In this document: positions 30,426 through 41,527 of the stretch, piece after piece | Layout of the letters: each line of letters starts with the position of its first letter | Position numbering within the stretch: position 1 is the stretch's first letter | Assembly: GCA_963805855.1 (NCBI GenBank) | Contig: CAWDVW010000002.1 | Coordinates: 96,001 to 160,000 of the forward strand | Reading direction: 5' to 3' | Length of the DNA stretch: 64,000 bases | Origin: Candidatus Dadabacteria bacterium | Lineage (GTDB): Bacteria; Desulfobacterota_D; UBA1144; Nemesobacterales; CSP1-2 | Notes under the pieces: generated by a model | The model's input: only the letters and a program-made list of their open reading frames with translations | Database searches by the model: none | Told to the model about the DNA's origin: nothing | Position numbers and translations under genes: made by a program

Positions 30426-31406
30426 TTAACCAAAAAAGGCATCTCGCAATGAATTACAAGCTTCATCCATTGCATCTCTAGCCCTATCTACTAGTCCCAG
30501 CAAGAGAAAAAAGTCGTGGATCATTCCATTATACCTTGAGCACTGGACTGGAACTCCATGACTCTGAAGTCTTTGAGCATACTTCTCAGCTTCGTCCCTC
30601 AAAAGGTCAAATTCAGCAGTTATTATCAGCGAAGGTGGCAGGCCACTAAGGTCACGGGCGAGCAACGGTGAAACCCTAGGGTCATACACATCGTCCGGCT
30701 TTTCAACATACAATTCCTTGAACCATTCCATCTGACTTAAGGTTAGAAAGTAACCGTCGGCATATCTTTTACAAGAATCTCTATCAAATGAAGAGAGATC
30801 GGTAACAGGACAAACAAGCAATTGAAACGCTATCCTCGGCTTGCCAATATCTCTCGCGGTAAGGGATACAGCGGTCGCTAAATTTGCGCCGGCACTATCA
30901 CCCCCAACAGCAATTCTCAAAGGGTCTACTTTTATTGATTCAGAATTCTCTGAAACCCACTTCGTGGCTTCATAACAATCTACAACTGCAGCAGGGAACT
31001 TGTTTTCGGGGGCCAAACGATAATCGACTGAAACCACAACGCACTCGGCACCACGGCATAGGGATCTACACACGTGGTCATGGGTGTCAAGGTTGTCGAA
31101 GACCCAGCCACCACCGTGGAAATATAGGACTGCTGGAAACTGCTTATTTCCAGAAGGAGAATACGTCCTGAGTCGAATTTCACACACGGGGCCTGGAATC
31201 TTAAAATTTTCAATACACGATACCTCTTCCCTTGGGAAATTCATGCTTTTAAAACCCTCTATAGCTGATTCTCTGGCTTCTGATGGAGTCATAGATTCTA
31301 AGGGCGGCAGATTCATCTGTGTGAGGAGGTTCAAAAAGTCTTCCACTTGCGCGTCAAGAACACCCCCTTGCTCATACTTATCTAACTTTTTCACTTCAAA
31401 GGGCAT
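30426..31406 (-). CDS. Alpha/beta hydrolase, HSL-family esterase
   Basis: HGGGW, YRLAPE..FP, GDSAG nucleophile, D.LRDE, HDF. Confidence 0.93.
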   Translation of the reverse strand: MPFEVKKLDKYEQGGVLDAQVEDFLNLLTQMNLPPLESMTPSEARESAIEGFKSMNFPREEVSCIENFKIPGPVCEIRLRTYSPSGNKQFPAVLYFHGGGWVFDNLDTHDHVCRSLCRGAECVVVSVDYRLAPENKFPAAVVDCYEATKWVSENSESIKVDPLRIAVGGDSAGANLATAVSLTARDIGKPRIAFQLLVCPVTDLSSFDRDSCKRYADGYFLTLSQMEWFKELYVEKPDDVYDPRVSPLLARDLSGLPPSLIITAEFDLLRDEAEKYAQRLQSHGVPVQCSRYNGMIHDFFLLLGLVDRARDAMDEACNSLRDAFFG

Positions 31407-31484
31407 AAATATAAACCAACTTTTATTTTTTTATTAATCGAAGCCGTTGTCATATGAGGCAATAAGAAATAACTAAGAAAGTTC

Positions 31485-31685
31485 TTAGTTTTCAGGGTTC
31501 ATAGGAATAATAATCCAGCCTACAATATAAGCTATTACAAAAGGTAAAACTCCCGTTACTAATCCGATGAACACAAGTCCGAGCCTTATAAGCGTCGGAT
31601 CAATTTCGAACATTTCACCCAGGCCGCCACATATGCCGGCGATCATTTTATCCCTTTCTGACCGATAGATTCTCCTCATCGCCAT
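31485..31685 (-). CDS. PspC-domain protein
   Basis: YRS..DKMIAGICGGLGE.F.IDPTLIR, AYIVGWIIIP. Confidence 0.9.
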   Translation of the reverse strand: MAMRRIYRSERDKMIAGICGGLGEMFEIDPTLIRLGLVFIGLVTGVLPFVIAYIVGWIIIPMNPEN

Positions 31686-31855
31686 AATGTGCTCTATTAA
31701 TGCCGTTGAGATTAAAGAGTTTGTAACTTTAAACTATTTGCATAAAATTATACGATTTTTGCCGGAAAATTCAAAAGGCCGGTGGTATTGTAAATCAACC
31801 ATTCTTGACAGCTGGGAGAGTAACATTTATTTGAGGAGCATTTCGAACACACTAT

Positions 31856-32638
31856 ATGAATGAAACTTTATGGAAATTAACTGTTGGTAATAATCCCCTC
31901 GTGGCAGCTGCTATTCACAACGGTCATGACACAAGAGAAGAGATTAGGGAACTGCTTGCACTGGATGAGTCTTCAAGACTTCGCGAAGAAGATCCCTTCA
32001 CAGGAGATTGGACCGTAGTAGCTGAGACGCGAATCGTAGCCTTTCGATCGAGATTTGAGGTAGATCTGAACCGTCCGCGGGAAAAAGCAGTTTACATTCA
32101 CCCGGAAGATGCATGGGGATTGAAAGTATGGAAGAGCAAGCCATCAGATGAATTTGTTCAACGTTCACTGAAAGAATATGATACCTTCTACGAAGAAATG
32201 AAGAATCTATTTTCTGACCTGGTTAGCAAATTCGACCGCTTTATTGTATTTGACCTGCATACCTACAATCACAAACGCAATGGGCCAGAGGGACCGCTAT
32301 CGAACCCTGAGGAAAATCCAGAGGTCAACATTGGTACGGGAACTATGGATCGAAATTTCTGGTCTCCAGTAGTGGATCGATTTATCTCTGATCTTAGGAC
32401 CTTTGATTTTTTAGGGAGAAACCTCGACGTACGGGAGAATGTTAGGTTTCGCGGTGGAAATTTCCCGCGATGGATCCATGAAAACTTCCCAAAAAAGGGA
32501 TGCGCCTTGGCAATCGAATTCAAAAAATTTTTCATGGATGAGTGGACAGGTATCCCTGACCGTATACAGCTAGCTGCAATTAGTGATGCCTTAAAATCGA
32601 CAGTGCCGGGAATCTTTGAGGAGCTTGAGAAATTTTGA
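31856..32638 (+). CDS. N-formylglutamate amidohydrolase-family protein
   Basis: AIHNGH, REEDPFT, SRFEVDLNR, DLHTYN, N.GTG, ENVRFRGG, ALAIEFKK; GAGGAG RBS. Confidence 0.85.
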   Translation: MNETLWKLTVGNNPLVAAAIHNGHDTREEIRELLALDESSRLREEDPFTGDWTVVAETRIVAFRSRFEVDLNRPREKAVYIHPEDAWGLKVWKSKPSDEFVQRSLKEYDTFYEEMKNLFSDLVSKFDRFIVFDLHTYNHKRNGPEGPLSNPEENPEVNIGTGTMDRNFWSPVVDRFISDLRTFDFLGRNLDVRENVRFRGGNFPRWIHENFPKKGCALAIEFKKFFMDEWTGIPDRIQLAAISDALKSTVPGIFEELEKF

Positions 32639-34566
32639 CCGGTCTAATAGCACCCAAGACAAACATAATTACCGATCATTTTATTAACTCGATATGCGAA
32701 CGGTTGGCGAACAACAAGCCTGTTCGTCGTAAACTACCTCTCAATGGTCGTATTCACATTGACAGGCAGCTTCCTTTCTTATGTGTCTATCGAATCCCAC
32801 CTGCTTGGACTGACAAAGGAACAAGACGTCTCGTATTGGGAGAAGCTTCATACTTGATCGCCAGCGGGGATCGTCAATTTTATCCAAGCTTAACAAAACT
32901 TCTGTCAAAAGTGGCACGAACGCTCTTCTCTGAGTTTGGAGCGTTTCTTATAATTGAGATATGGTCCTCAAAACATAGCTCAAATGACACCGACTCCGAG
33001 CTGGCAAGGTTAAAACCGGGTTTTAGGATATTTACAAGCGAACTCAAGTTGGGAACCCTAATGTCCACCATTGAAAGCCTGGAGGCTGGCCTCAGAAAAG
33101 TTCGAATACTCAAACAGCCAGCAACAGTTGATGTGATTGACAAAAGAAGTGAGCGCCCTCCAAGTCTTTATCCTATCTTAAGCAAACTGGAAGCCAGCGA
33201 GATTGGATGCAAAATAATTGGAATTGAGGTCAAGCCATTTTATAGAAGTATGAAAACGGGTGAGACTTATCCCTTAGTACTTCAAACTCTCCATCACGGC
33301 CTGGCAAGGGCCTTGAAACAGGCATTCTTTGATTTCACAAGAACCAACACCACACGTCGTCCTAGACACTACCATGCTATGGGTCGTACAGCAGTAGTAA
33401 AATCAGTGAGAGACGTAGACCATCAATTAGCCGGTATTAGCAATTCTTTTGACTTCTTGCTTCAGGTTACTCCTATAAATTCTGAACAAGCATGGTCTGT
33501 TTTTAGAAGGAAGAAATATGAGCGGGAGCCGACATTTTATTACAGAGCTCGGCCCTTTGACCCCGATATATTGAAACGAAAACTTTATTCTATTCTTATC
33601 GAGAGAGTCGAGGACCCCACTCTTGCACAACTCTTCAAAGATAAAAGAGCTGAACTTGACAGACAAATTTCAATGATTACGGACCGTGCGACAAAACGAT
33701 TTCTCTTTGGTAGTATGCAACTTTATGGCGGTGTAGACGACCAACTTTCGAAATTCGCAAACATCATCCTAAATCGCATACCACCAAGAAGCCGCGAAAA
33801 ATCGTCAGGGAGAATTTTAGATGCGGAGGAATTTGCAAGATACGCTTCTATTGAAATCGAATACTACCGTCGAATTTACCCGGAATTTGCTGCCAAGGTA
33901 CAGATCAGAGATGATATATCCCCTGGACTTATGGTCTCTCGGGGTCACTTGCTCGTCGGCAGTAAAACCGGTATCCCTCCGGCTCGAGTTGAGGCCCTAA
34001 TACAGCATGAGATTGGTACCCATCTTCTAACATACTACAATGGCAAGGCCCAGCCATTCCACCAGCTCTATACTGGCTTACCTGGCTATGAGGAACTCCA
34101 AGAAGGTCTTGCGGTAATCTCAGAGTATCTCGTAGGGGGATTGAGCAAGCCGCGTCTAAGAATCCTTGCGGGTCGAGTGATAGCGGTGGGGTGTTTAGTA
34201 GAAGGTGCAACGTTTGTTGATACCTTTAAAAAGCTTTACATCGACTATGGTTTTGAGCAACGAACCGCTTTTATCATTACCTTAAGGGTTTACAGGGGTG
34301 GAGGCTTAACTAAAGATGCGATATATCTCAGGGGCCTTAAAAACCTGCTGGATTACCTGAAACTCGGCGGCGAGCTAGAGCCCCTGTTTGTCGGCAAGGT
34401 TTCGGCAAATCATCTCCCCATTATCGAAGAGCTTCAATATCGTAAGGTGCTTAAATCTGCTCCACTGAGACCCCGATATTTAACTGATCCAAAGGCAAGT
34501 GAACGGCTTGAGCGTTTACGAGGCGGCCTTTCACTGCTAGATCTTATTGAAAGGAGGAAAACATAA
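32635..34566 (+). CDS. DUF1704 / QEGLA-motif zinc metallopeptidase (MATCAP-like) with long N-terminal extension
   Basis: HEIGTH (HExxxH), NG..QP, QEGLA, RVYRGGG.TKD.IYLRG; TTG start overlaps the upstream stop. Confidence 0.85.
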   Translation: MTGLIAPKTNIITDHFINSICERLANNKPVRRKLPLNGRIHIDRQLPFLCVYRIPPAWTDKGTRRLVLGEASYLIASGDRQFYPSLTKLLSKVARTLFSEFGAFLIIEIWSSKHSSNDTDSELARLKPGFRIFTSELKLGTLMSTIESLEAGLRKVRILKQPATVDVIDKRSERPPSLYPILSKLEASEIGCKIIGIEVKPFYRSMKTGETYPLVLQTLHHGLARALKQAFFDFTRTNTTRRPRHYHAMGRTAVVKSVRDVDHQLAGISNSFDFLLQVTPINSEQAWSVFRRKKYEREPTFYYRARPFDPDILKRKLYSILIERVEDPTLAQLFKDKRAELDRQISMITDRATKRFLFGSMQLYGGVDDQLSKFANIILNRIPPRSREKSSGRILDAEEFARYASIEIEYYRRIYPEFAAKVQIRDDISPGLMVSRGHLLVGSKTGIPPARVEALIQHEIGTHLLTYYNGKAQPFHQLYTGLPGYEELQEGLAVISEYLVGGLSKPRLRILAGRVIAVGCLVEGATFVDTFKKLYIDYGFEQRTAFIITLRVYRGGGLTKDAIYLRGLKNLLDYLKLGGELEPLFVGKVSANHLPIIEELQYRKVLKSAPLRPRYLTDPKASERLERLRGGLSLLDLIERRKT

Positions 34567-35612
34567 TGAGAATCGGATTTGTCGTTAATGACATAATGAC
34601 TGAAGAGGCTGGATATACCACAACGCGGTTGGCAATAGCAGCCAAAAACCGCGGTCATGAAGCCTGGGTGATGGGTGTTGCCGATTTAGCCTACGATCCC
34701 GACGAGAAAATCCACGCCAGAGCCAGATCGGCTCCAAAGCAAAATTACAAATCCAGGGAGATTTACTTATCTGAACTTCAGGGCAAAAAGGCAAAGTCTG
34801 AGCGAATAACAGTAGACGATCTGGATGTTCTGATGCTTCGGAACGATCCGTCGTCTGACGCCATTTCTCGCGCCTGGGCGCAAAACGCTGGAATCATATT
34901 CGGAAGGGTTGCCATGAGGCATGGTGTAATAGTTCTAAACGATCCTAACGGCTTGTCAAAGGCAATGAACAAGATGTATTTTCAACTATTTCCTGCCGAG
35001 GTAAGGCCACAAACATTGATTACTAGAGATGGGGACGAGATCAAGAAATTTGTCAAAGATCTCGGCGGTTCCGCTGTTCTTAAACCCTTACAGGGCTCTG
35101 GTGGTGCAGGAGTTTTTCTGGTTAGACCCGAAGATCGCCCAAACCTAAATCAAATGATCGAGTCACTTAATCGAGACGGATATGTAATCGCACAGGAATA
35201 TCTACCCGCAGCAATAGAAGGCGACATCCGTCTCTTTGTGATGAACGGCCGCCCACTTCGTTATAAGGGTAAATACGCTGCATTCAGACGCGTACGAACC
35301 GGCGACGATATGAGGAGCAATATTCATGCTGGAGGAAGGAAGCGAGAAGCAGAGGTAACCAAAACACATCTTAAATTGGCGGAAATGGTTCGGCCTAAAC
35401 TTGTTCAGGATGGGATGTTTTTGGTCGGCCTGGACATAGTAGGTGATAAGTTGATGGAAATAAACGTATTCAGTCCGGGCGGGCTAGGCAGTGCCCAGAC
35501 CTTTGAAAGGGTGAATTTCAATAACGCCGTGATCGAGGCCTTAGAGCGAAAGGTAGACTATATGAAATTCTATCGTCGCAATTTCGACAATGTTGAGATG
35601 GCAACCCTTTGA
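34566..35612 (+). CDS. Glutathione-synthetase-like ATP-grasp ligase
   Basis: LRNDP, KPLQGSGG.GVF, QEYLP..GDIR, RSNIHAGG, GLDIVGDKLMEINVFSPGG; TAATG overlap with the upstream gene. Confidence 0.88.
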   Translation: MRIGFVVNDIMTEEAGYTTTRLAIAAKNRGHEAWVMGVADLAYDPDEKIHARARSAPKQNYKSREIYLSELQGKKAKSERITVDDLDVLMLRNDPSSDAISRAWAQNAGIIFGRVAMRHGVIVLNDPNGLSKAMNKMYFQLFPAEVRPQTLITRDGDEIKKFVKDLGGSAVLKPLQGSGGAGVFLVRPEDRPNLNQMIESLNRDGYVIAQEYLPAAIEGDIRLFVMNGRPLRYKGKYAAFRRVRTGDDMRSNIHAGGRKREAEVTKTHLKLAEMVRPKLVQDGMFLVGLDIVGDKLMEINVFSPGGLGSAQTFERVNFNNAVIEALERKVDYMKFYRRNFDNVEMATL

Positions 35613-35635
35613 ATGCAAATTCAAAATCTCTTTAC

Positions 35636-37138
35636 TCAATACATCGAAGGCGAATTGTCGGATTCCGAGATTTTATTGTTAATCTTCTCGACAAGAAAGA
35701 CAGATCCGGACCGAGGGGATAGCGTAAGTCCGTGCATAAAGCCGCCATGAACGCTAACTGTAGAATTATCCCAAATTTTACGAAGTATAGCTCCTTCGGG
35801 GAGAAGGTCATCTATTTGCATCTTGGGGGCACGCGTTACCTTCGCAACATTAAGAGCCACGATTAAAGTCTCATCCTCAAATCGCCGAGAAAAGGCGTAA
35901 ACATCTTCTTTTGCGTAAAGCTTTTCGAAATCACCACGGCGAAGTGAAGGATATGTAATCCTTAGTGATATACAACGCTTAAAATAATCCAATAAATTAT
36001 CGTTCCATTTAGCCTTGTCCCATGGAAATGATCTACGACAGTCGGGATCACGGCCGCCCTCCATCCCGATTTCATCACCGTAATAAACGCAAGGAACCCC
36101 AGGGAAGGTCATTAAGAACAGGACCGCCAGACGCAATGCAGAATCATCCCCCCTGGCAAGTGTCAGGAACCGAGCTGTGTCGTGAGAACTCAGCAGGTTA
36201 AGCAGCGAAAGGTTAACTTCATGGTCATATAGATTCAGTAGGCGATCAATTGTTTCTGAAAAGCGCTCAGAGTCAAGGTGCGGTACAGGTGCATAGCCCA
36301 TACCCCTTACAAGAGTCTCATCAACTTCTTTATCAATAAAAAAGCCGACGCATGCCCGGTTTAAAAGGTAGTTCATCACCCCATCGAACTTGTCACCCTC
36401 AAGCCACCCTTTTGCTGCATGCCATATCTCGCCCACCAGGTAAGCATCGGGATTTAAAGACTTAACCGTTCTCCTGAATTCCTGCCAAAACGAGGGGTGG
36501 TCAATCTCCTCAGGAACATCGAGCCTCCATCCGTCGATACCAAAACCAATCCAGTACCGGGCGACACTGCATAAAAATTCTCTAACCACGGGATTCTTGA
36601 CATTAAATTTCGGCAGGGCATGTAGCCCCCACCAGGCTGCATAGTTTGGTTCTTGATTTTCGTTGTAAGCATCCACGGGAAACTTCTTTATAATAAACCA
36701 GTCGATGTATGGCGAACTGGGGCCATTCTCAAGAATATGGTGAAATTTGTAAAATCCTCTACTGGCGTGATTAAAGACTCCATCTAAGATTATTCTGATC
36801 CCGCGTCCATGAGCCTCGTCAAGCAGGAAACGAAGCGATGCATTGCCGCCAAGAAGTGGGTCTACGTTGAAATAATCATACGTATGATAACGATGATTTG
36901 CAGCAGACTTGAAAACAGGGTTCAAAAAGATTGCATTGATTCCCAAATCCTGCAAGTAATCCAGTTTTTCAAGAACACCCAGGAGATCGCCCCCTTTGAA
37001 ACCGCGTCTTGTTGGTTTCGAATCCCATGATTCGAGGTTGGACGGTTTTAGAAGTTTTGAACTCTTTCGAAAGCGATCAGGAAATATCTGATAAAAAACG
37101 GCGTCCTTCACCCAATCCGGGGTATGGAATTTGGTCAT
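35636..37138 (-). CDS. GH13 cyclomaltodextrinase/neopullulanase-like alpha-amylase
   Basis: PDWVKDAVFYQIFPDRF, DGVFNH, GWRLDV, VGEIW, SSHD, YYGDEIG..GG.DPDCR. Confidence 0.92.
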   Translation of the reverse strand: MTKFHTPDWVKDAVFYQIFPDRFRKSSKLLKPSNLESWDSKPTRRGFKGGDLLGVLEKLDYLQDLGINAIFLNPVFKSAANHRYHTYDYFNVDPLLGGNASLRFLLDEAHGRGIRIILDGVFNHASRGFYKFHHILENGPSSPYIDWFIIKKFPVDAYNENQEPNYAAWWGLHALPKFNVKNPVVREFLCSVARYWIGFGIDGWRLDVPEEIDHPSFWQEFRRTVKSLNPDAYLVGEIWHAAKGWLEGDKFDGVMNYLLNRACVGFFIDKEVDETLVRGMGYAPVPHLDSERFSETIDRLLNLYDHEVNLSLLNLLSSHDTARFLTLARGDDSALRLAVLFLMTFPGVPCVYYGDEIGMEGGRDPDCRRSFPWDKAKWNDNLLDYFKRCISLRITYPSLRRGDFEKLYAKEDVYAFSRRFEDETLIVALNVAKVTRAPKMQIDDLLPEGAILRKIWDNSTVSVHGGFMHGLTLSPRSGSVFLVEKINNKISESDNSPSMY

Positions 37139-37175
37139 GTAAGATGAGACTCGTTAATTGTGCGATTCATTTCAA

Positions 37176-38675
37176 CTAAGCCCTTCCGTATGTTTCTGTA
37201 ATCTCCCTAAGCTTGTCAGAAAGTAAAGAAGTTATCTGTCTCGGGTCAAGCCGCCATTGCCAGTTTCCATCGGAAGTTGCCGGTAAATTCATCTTTGATT
37301 CCTCGCCGAGGCCGAGTATATCCTGCATCGGTATAATCACGGTATTCGCCACTGACCCCATAGCAAGTCTTATTAGTTCCCAGTGTACATTCTCTTCTTC
37401 CACCTCTCTTCCAACGTAGCTAAAGAGCCTTTTTTTATCCTTCAGATTTGCTTCAGACCTGAACCATCCTTTTGCGGTATTATTATCATGAGTCCCCGTA
37501 TACACAACGCAGTTCCTGGAGTAATTATGTGGCAGATATGCGCCATTTGGGAAATCGTCTCCGAAGGCGAATATAAGTAATTTCATGCCAGGAAGATCAA
37601 AGCGATTCATAACCTCCCTCACATCTGGCGTTATGATGCCAAGATCCTCGGCAATCACAGGAAGATTTGGGAACCTCTTTAATAATGCTTTGATGAAATC
37701 TTCCGCCTGGACATCAACCCATCTCCCATTGACCGCTGTTTCCTCTCCAGCGGGCACCTCCCAATATGAAACAAGACCCCTGAAATGATCGAGTCGAATT
37801 ATATCAGTCAACTTAAGGTTGTGTCCCAATCGCTTTATCCACCATGAATATCTGGTTTCTCGTAGGTATTCCCAATCATACACCGGGTTACCCCATAGTT
37901 GCCCGGTCTCACTGAAATAATCAGGGGGGACTCCTGCAACAAATTTGGGGCGCATTTGCTCATCTAACTTAAACACCTCCGGGTTAGTCCAGACATCCGA
38001 GCTATCAAAGGTAACATAAATTGGCAAGTCCCCTACTATATTAATTTTTCTAACATTGCAGTATTCTTTAAGAGAGGACCACTGATCAAAAAATAGATAT
38101 TGATAAAACTTCGCCATGCTTATTCTATCCTCTAATCTCCCCCTATAATCTCTTAAGGACGCCTCAGCCCTATCCCTTATCTCTTCTGGCCACCCTGTCC
38201 ATGCTACATTGTTAAAACATTCCTTCAGTGATACGAACAAAGCATAATCCTCAAGCCAATACGAATTGACATTACAAAACCTCTCAAACTCGGAATCTGT
38301 TGACAACCTGTTTTTGTTTTTTTCAAAGGCGATTCGAAGAATGCCTTCTTTATAGTTTGCAACATTTTCATAATCAACCCTTCCCCCATTGAAGGAATAT
38401 TTAGGATTAAGATCCGACTCAGATATAAAACCCCTTTTTATGAGAAGCTCAGGGCTAATGAGCAAAGGGTTTCCAGCAAAAGCAGACGGGCTGTTATAGG
38501 GTGAGTTACCCAATATAGAACTCGTTGGGTTCAAAGGGAGAATTTGCCAGTAACTCTGCTTCGTTTCAACCAAGAAATCTATGAATTTATATGCTCCAGG
38601 TCCCAGGTCTCCGATACCGAAAGGAGACGGTAAAGAAGTGATATGGAGTAGGATACCGCTGCCTCTGCATTTCAT
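37176..38675 (-). CDS. malQ: 4-alpha-glucanotransferase (GH77)
   Basis: GILLHITSLP, GVPPDYFSETGQLWGNP, RLDHFRG, AEDLG, YTGTHDN. Confidence 0.97.
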   Translation of the reverse strand: MKCRGSGILLHITSLPSPFGIGDLGPGAYKFIDFLVETKQSYWQILPLNPTSSILGNSPYNSPSAFAGNPLLISPELLIKRGFISESDLNPKYSFNGGRVDYENVANYKEGILRIAFEKNKNRLSTDSEFERFCNVNSYWLEDYALFVSLKECFNNVAWTGWPEEIRDRAEASLRDYRGRLEDRISMAKFYQYLFFDQWSSLKEYCNVRKINIVGDLPIYVTFDSSDVWTNPEVFKLDEQMRPKFVAGVPPDYFSETGQLWGNPVYDWEYLRETRYSWWIKRLGHNLKLTDIIRLDHFRGLVSYWEVPAGEETAVNGRWVDVQAEDFIKALLKRFPNLPVIAEDLGIITPDVREVMNRFDLPGMKLLIFAFGDDFPNGAYLPHNYSRNCVVYTGTHDNNTAKGWFRSEANLKDKKRLFSYVGREVEEENVHWELIRLAMGSVANTVIIPMQDILGLGEESKMNLPATSDGNWQWRLDPRQITSLLSDKLREITETYGRA

Positions 38676-41527
38676 AAATCACCTATGCCTTCACTCAAAA
38701 GTAAAGAAACCGGAAAATGCTCCAAGATGTTTCCGACTCGTAGAATTGATACGCCCTTTATGAGTTTATCGCTAAGAGCGTCTTTCCAGAAATCGGGGGA
38801 TTCTTTCGGGAGTAAAATATGAGTATCTTCCCATACCCTTTCACCGACTGGAAATTCATCCTCGTTGACCAAGCTAACCAACAACCTGGGCACCACGGTT
38901 ATTGACCAGATTTTCCCCTTTCTCCTCGCAAAGGACACCACATGGTCTTTGAATTTACCCCTTACCACTAATGGCATGTAGTCGCTTTCTTGGAAAAAAT
39001 CTTTTCTGTCATTTCTTGCCTTGAGTGATTTGTGAATAAGAAATAGCTTTATTCTTCCATCTTCCCTTTTGGAGATCAGTTCATCAATTAATTCAGCATG
39101 GTCTTCTTTATCCTTATATATGATTTCATTTAGATTTCTATACCTCTGGGAAAAATCCACAGGTCGTCGATTATCTGGGTCGACAAGGCTCAGATCCCAG
39201 AGCTCCGTTCCCTGATAGAAGTCCGGCACCCCGGGCGAGCTTATCTTCAGAAGTGTTTGTGAAAGAGAATTAAATACTCCATAGTGAGCAACCTTTCTTT
39301 GAAAAGGTAGGAATATATCCATAAACTGATTTTCCGGAGATAAGTCCAATATCGCATCTATGAATGAAAGAAACGAATCCTCGTAAGCGCTATCAGGTTT
39401 TAGCCATTCAGTGTGAACCTTAGCCTCTCTGATAGCCTTTATTATGTATTCCTTAATCCGGTCTACAAAGCTCGGGAACTCATTTTCATCGAAGGGGTAT
39501 GCTCCTAGTAAAGTCTGGTACAAAAAATATTCATCATTATGGTCTGGGAACACCCTGCCATTTGTAATCCTTTTTTTAATTCGATTAATTCTTGAACTTG
39601 TTTTAATAAATCTCTCCCATTCCTTGGGAATTTCTGAGAGCACATTAATTCTTGCCCTTACATCCTCCCCTCTTTTCGTGTCATGGGTTGAAGTAGCATT
39701 CATCGAATCTGGCCACAGGTCTACTCGCTCCTTGTTGAAATCGTTAAATTCCCTAACGGTTATTCCGAACCTATCGGGGCTCCCTCCGACCTCATTAAGC
39801 GACAAGAGTCTCGTGTAGACATAAAGAGTAGTATCCTCAAAACCCTTTGCCATCAGAGGCCCGGTAAATTGTTGAAATCTCATGATGAAGTCCATGTATT
39901 TCTTTTTTTCTTCAGGATTCATCTCGCCTTCAAATCTTAAAAGAAGAAAGCCTTCTATAAAATCCAATTCGATGAGAAGACCCGGACTTGTGTGCTTTGC
40001 GCCCTCTATTGCCATACTAATGTAAATTTGATCCCTCTCTCTCATAATTTCATTACTTATGTATGTGCGATATACCGGAAATAAAGCCATTACCTCAACT
40101 AACGCTCTCTTAAGACCATAAAGAGTTATGTCACTTCCTTTAATATCCTTGCTTGATATTACCTTTAAGATATGAGCAAGGTTATCAATATCACCTGCCA
40201 TATGTTTTCCTATGATCAACCTTTTCTTCTCAGCAACGAGTTCATAATAGGGTATCGTAAAGTTTGTGAAAGTTTTATATATCTTGTCGAAAATCTTTTC
40301 ATTCTTTTTATTACAAAAAAGACCGTTAACATAGCTCAAAAAATCATAACCGGTTGTTCCTTGCACAGGCCAGAACTCAGGAAGATCTTCATTAAAATCC
40401 AGGATTTTCTCGACAACCATATACAATTCGTTATCCTTTGCCTTTATTCGATTCAGATACATGGTTGGATCATAGAGTCCGTCAATGTGGTCAATGCGCA
40501 GCCCATCGATCTTCCCTTCCTCAATCAGATTAAAGATAAAAAAATGGGTTTGATTAAAAACTTCTTCGTCCTCCACCCTCAAGGTGATGAGCTTATTTAT
40601 ATTGAAGAACCTTCTATAATTAATCTCTTCAGTCGCAACCTTCCAGAATGATAGTCTGAAGTACTGTTCGGAAAGGAGATTATGTAATAGATTAAAACCC
40701 TTACTCTCTCCCCATCCTCGGTTAAATATATCTATATTCTCATCTAAAAAATTCTTTATAGTATTGTTTTTTGTGTATAACTCCCGCAGCAACCTTTTTA
40801 TAAAATTTATCTGCGCATGATTATCATCAGGTCTGGCTTCAGAAGATGAAAGACTGCGCAGGACATAAAGGACCCCAAGATACTTTATGTAATCAGGATG
40901 TTCCTCACCGAGACGTTCCTGTAACGTTCTTAACCTATATGTTAAGACATTGATGTATGTTTCTATCTTTAAAGGAAACTTCAATTCGTAATAATTTATC
41001 GTCAAACCATTGCTTCCATATCCTAGTGTAATCTCACCTTCCTCAAGAGACTGTGCATACGTCTTCCCTAGAAACGGCGCTAGCAGCCGCTCCTTTAAGC
41101 TTTCATAGGGATGATGCCAATCGATGTCAAAAAAATTAAAATATCGTGATCTTTCGCCCCTCTCCAAGATATCCATAAGCATATGATTTTCAGAGACGTA
41201 AGCCATGTGGTTGGGTACAATGTCCTGAATCCACCCGATGCCAAAGCCCTTTAAATCCGTTATTAGATCTTCGAAATCCTGAACCGAGCCTAATTCCTGA
41301 TTTAACTCATCAGGATCAACGACATCATAGCCGTGTGTACTCCCTTTTGCTGCCTTAAATATTGGGGATGCATACAAAGTGGAAATTCCAAGCTTTGAAA
41401 GATATTGCACTATCTCACGGGCTTCTTTGAATCCAAATGAAGGAGTAAACTGAATCCTGTATGTGGCGGTAGGTATATACATATCATAAAGGTTACCATA
41501 TACGCTCGGCTGGCTTACACTAGCCAA
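38672..41527 (-). CDS. treY: Malto-oligosyltrehalose synthase
   Basis: [64 protein letters not shown]; start may be 41482. Confidence 0.96.
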   Translation of the reverse strand: MASVSQPSVYGNLYDMYIPTATYRIQFTPSFGFKEAREIVQYLSKLGISTLYASPIFKAAKGSTHGYDVVDPDELNQELGSVQDFEDLITDLKGFGIGWIQDIVPNHMAYVSENHMLMDILERGERSRYFNFFDIDWHHPYESLKERLLAPFLGKTYAQSLEEGEITLGYGSNGLTINYYELKFPLKIETYINVLTYRLRTLQERLGEEHPDYIKYLGVLYVLRSLSSSEARPDDNHAQINFIKRLLRELYTKNNTIKNFLDENIDIFNRGWGESKGFNLLHNLLSEQYFRLSFWKVATEEINYRRFFNINKLITLRVEDEEVFNQTHFFIFNLIEEGKIDGLRIDHIDGLYDPTMYLNRIKAKDNELYMVVEKILDFNEDLPEFWPVQGTTGYDFLSYVNGLFCNKKNEKIFDKIYKTFTNFTIPYYELVAEKKRLIIGKHMAGDIDNLAHILKVISSKDIKGSDITLYGLKRALVEVMALFPVYRTYISNEIMRERDQIYISMAIEGAKHTSPGLLIELDFIEGFLLLRFEGEMNPEEKKKYMDFIMRFQQFTGPLMAKGFEDTTLYVYTRLLSLNEVGGSPDRFGITVREFNDFNKERVDLWPDSMNATSTHDTKRGEDVRARINVLSEIPKEWERFIKTSSRINRIKKRITNGRVFPDHNDEYFLYQTLLGAYPFDENEFPSFVDRIKEYIIKAIREAKVHTEWLKPDSAYEDSFLSFIDAILDLSPENQFMDIFLPFQRKVAHYGVFNSLSQTLLKISSPGVPDFYQGTELWDLSLVDPDNRRPVDFSQRYRNLNEIIYKDKEDHAELIDELISKREDGRIKLFLIHKSLKARNDRKDFFQESDYMPLVVRGKFKDHVVSFARRKGKIWSITVVPRLLVSLVNEDEFPVGERVWEDTHILLPKESPDFWKDALSDKLIKGVSILRVGNILEHFPVSLLLSEGIGDL

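Noticed and set aside
31805-31833. Sigma70 promoter for the amidohydrolase operon
   Set aside because: A perfect TTGACA is present, but the hexamer at 17 bp spacing (TATTTG) is a poor -10; not supportable without data.
34566-35612. Calling the ATP-grasp gene gshB outright
   Set aside because: The fold is GshB-like, but the operon context and motif differences leave the substrate uncertain.
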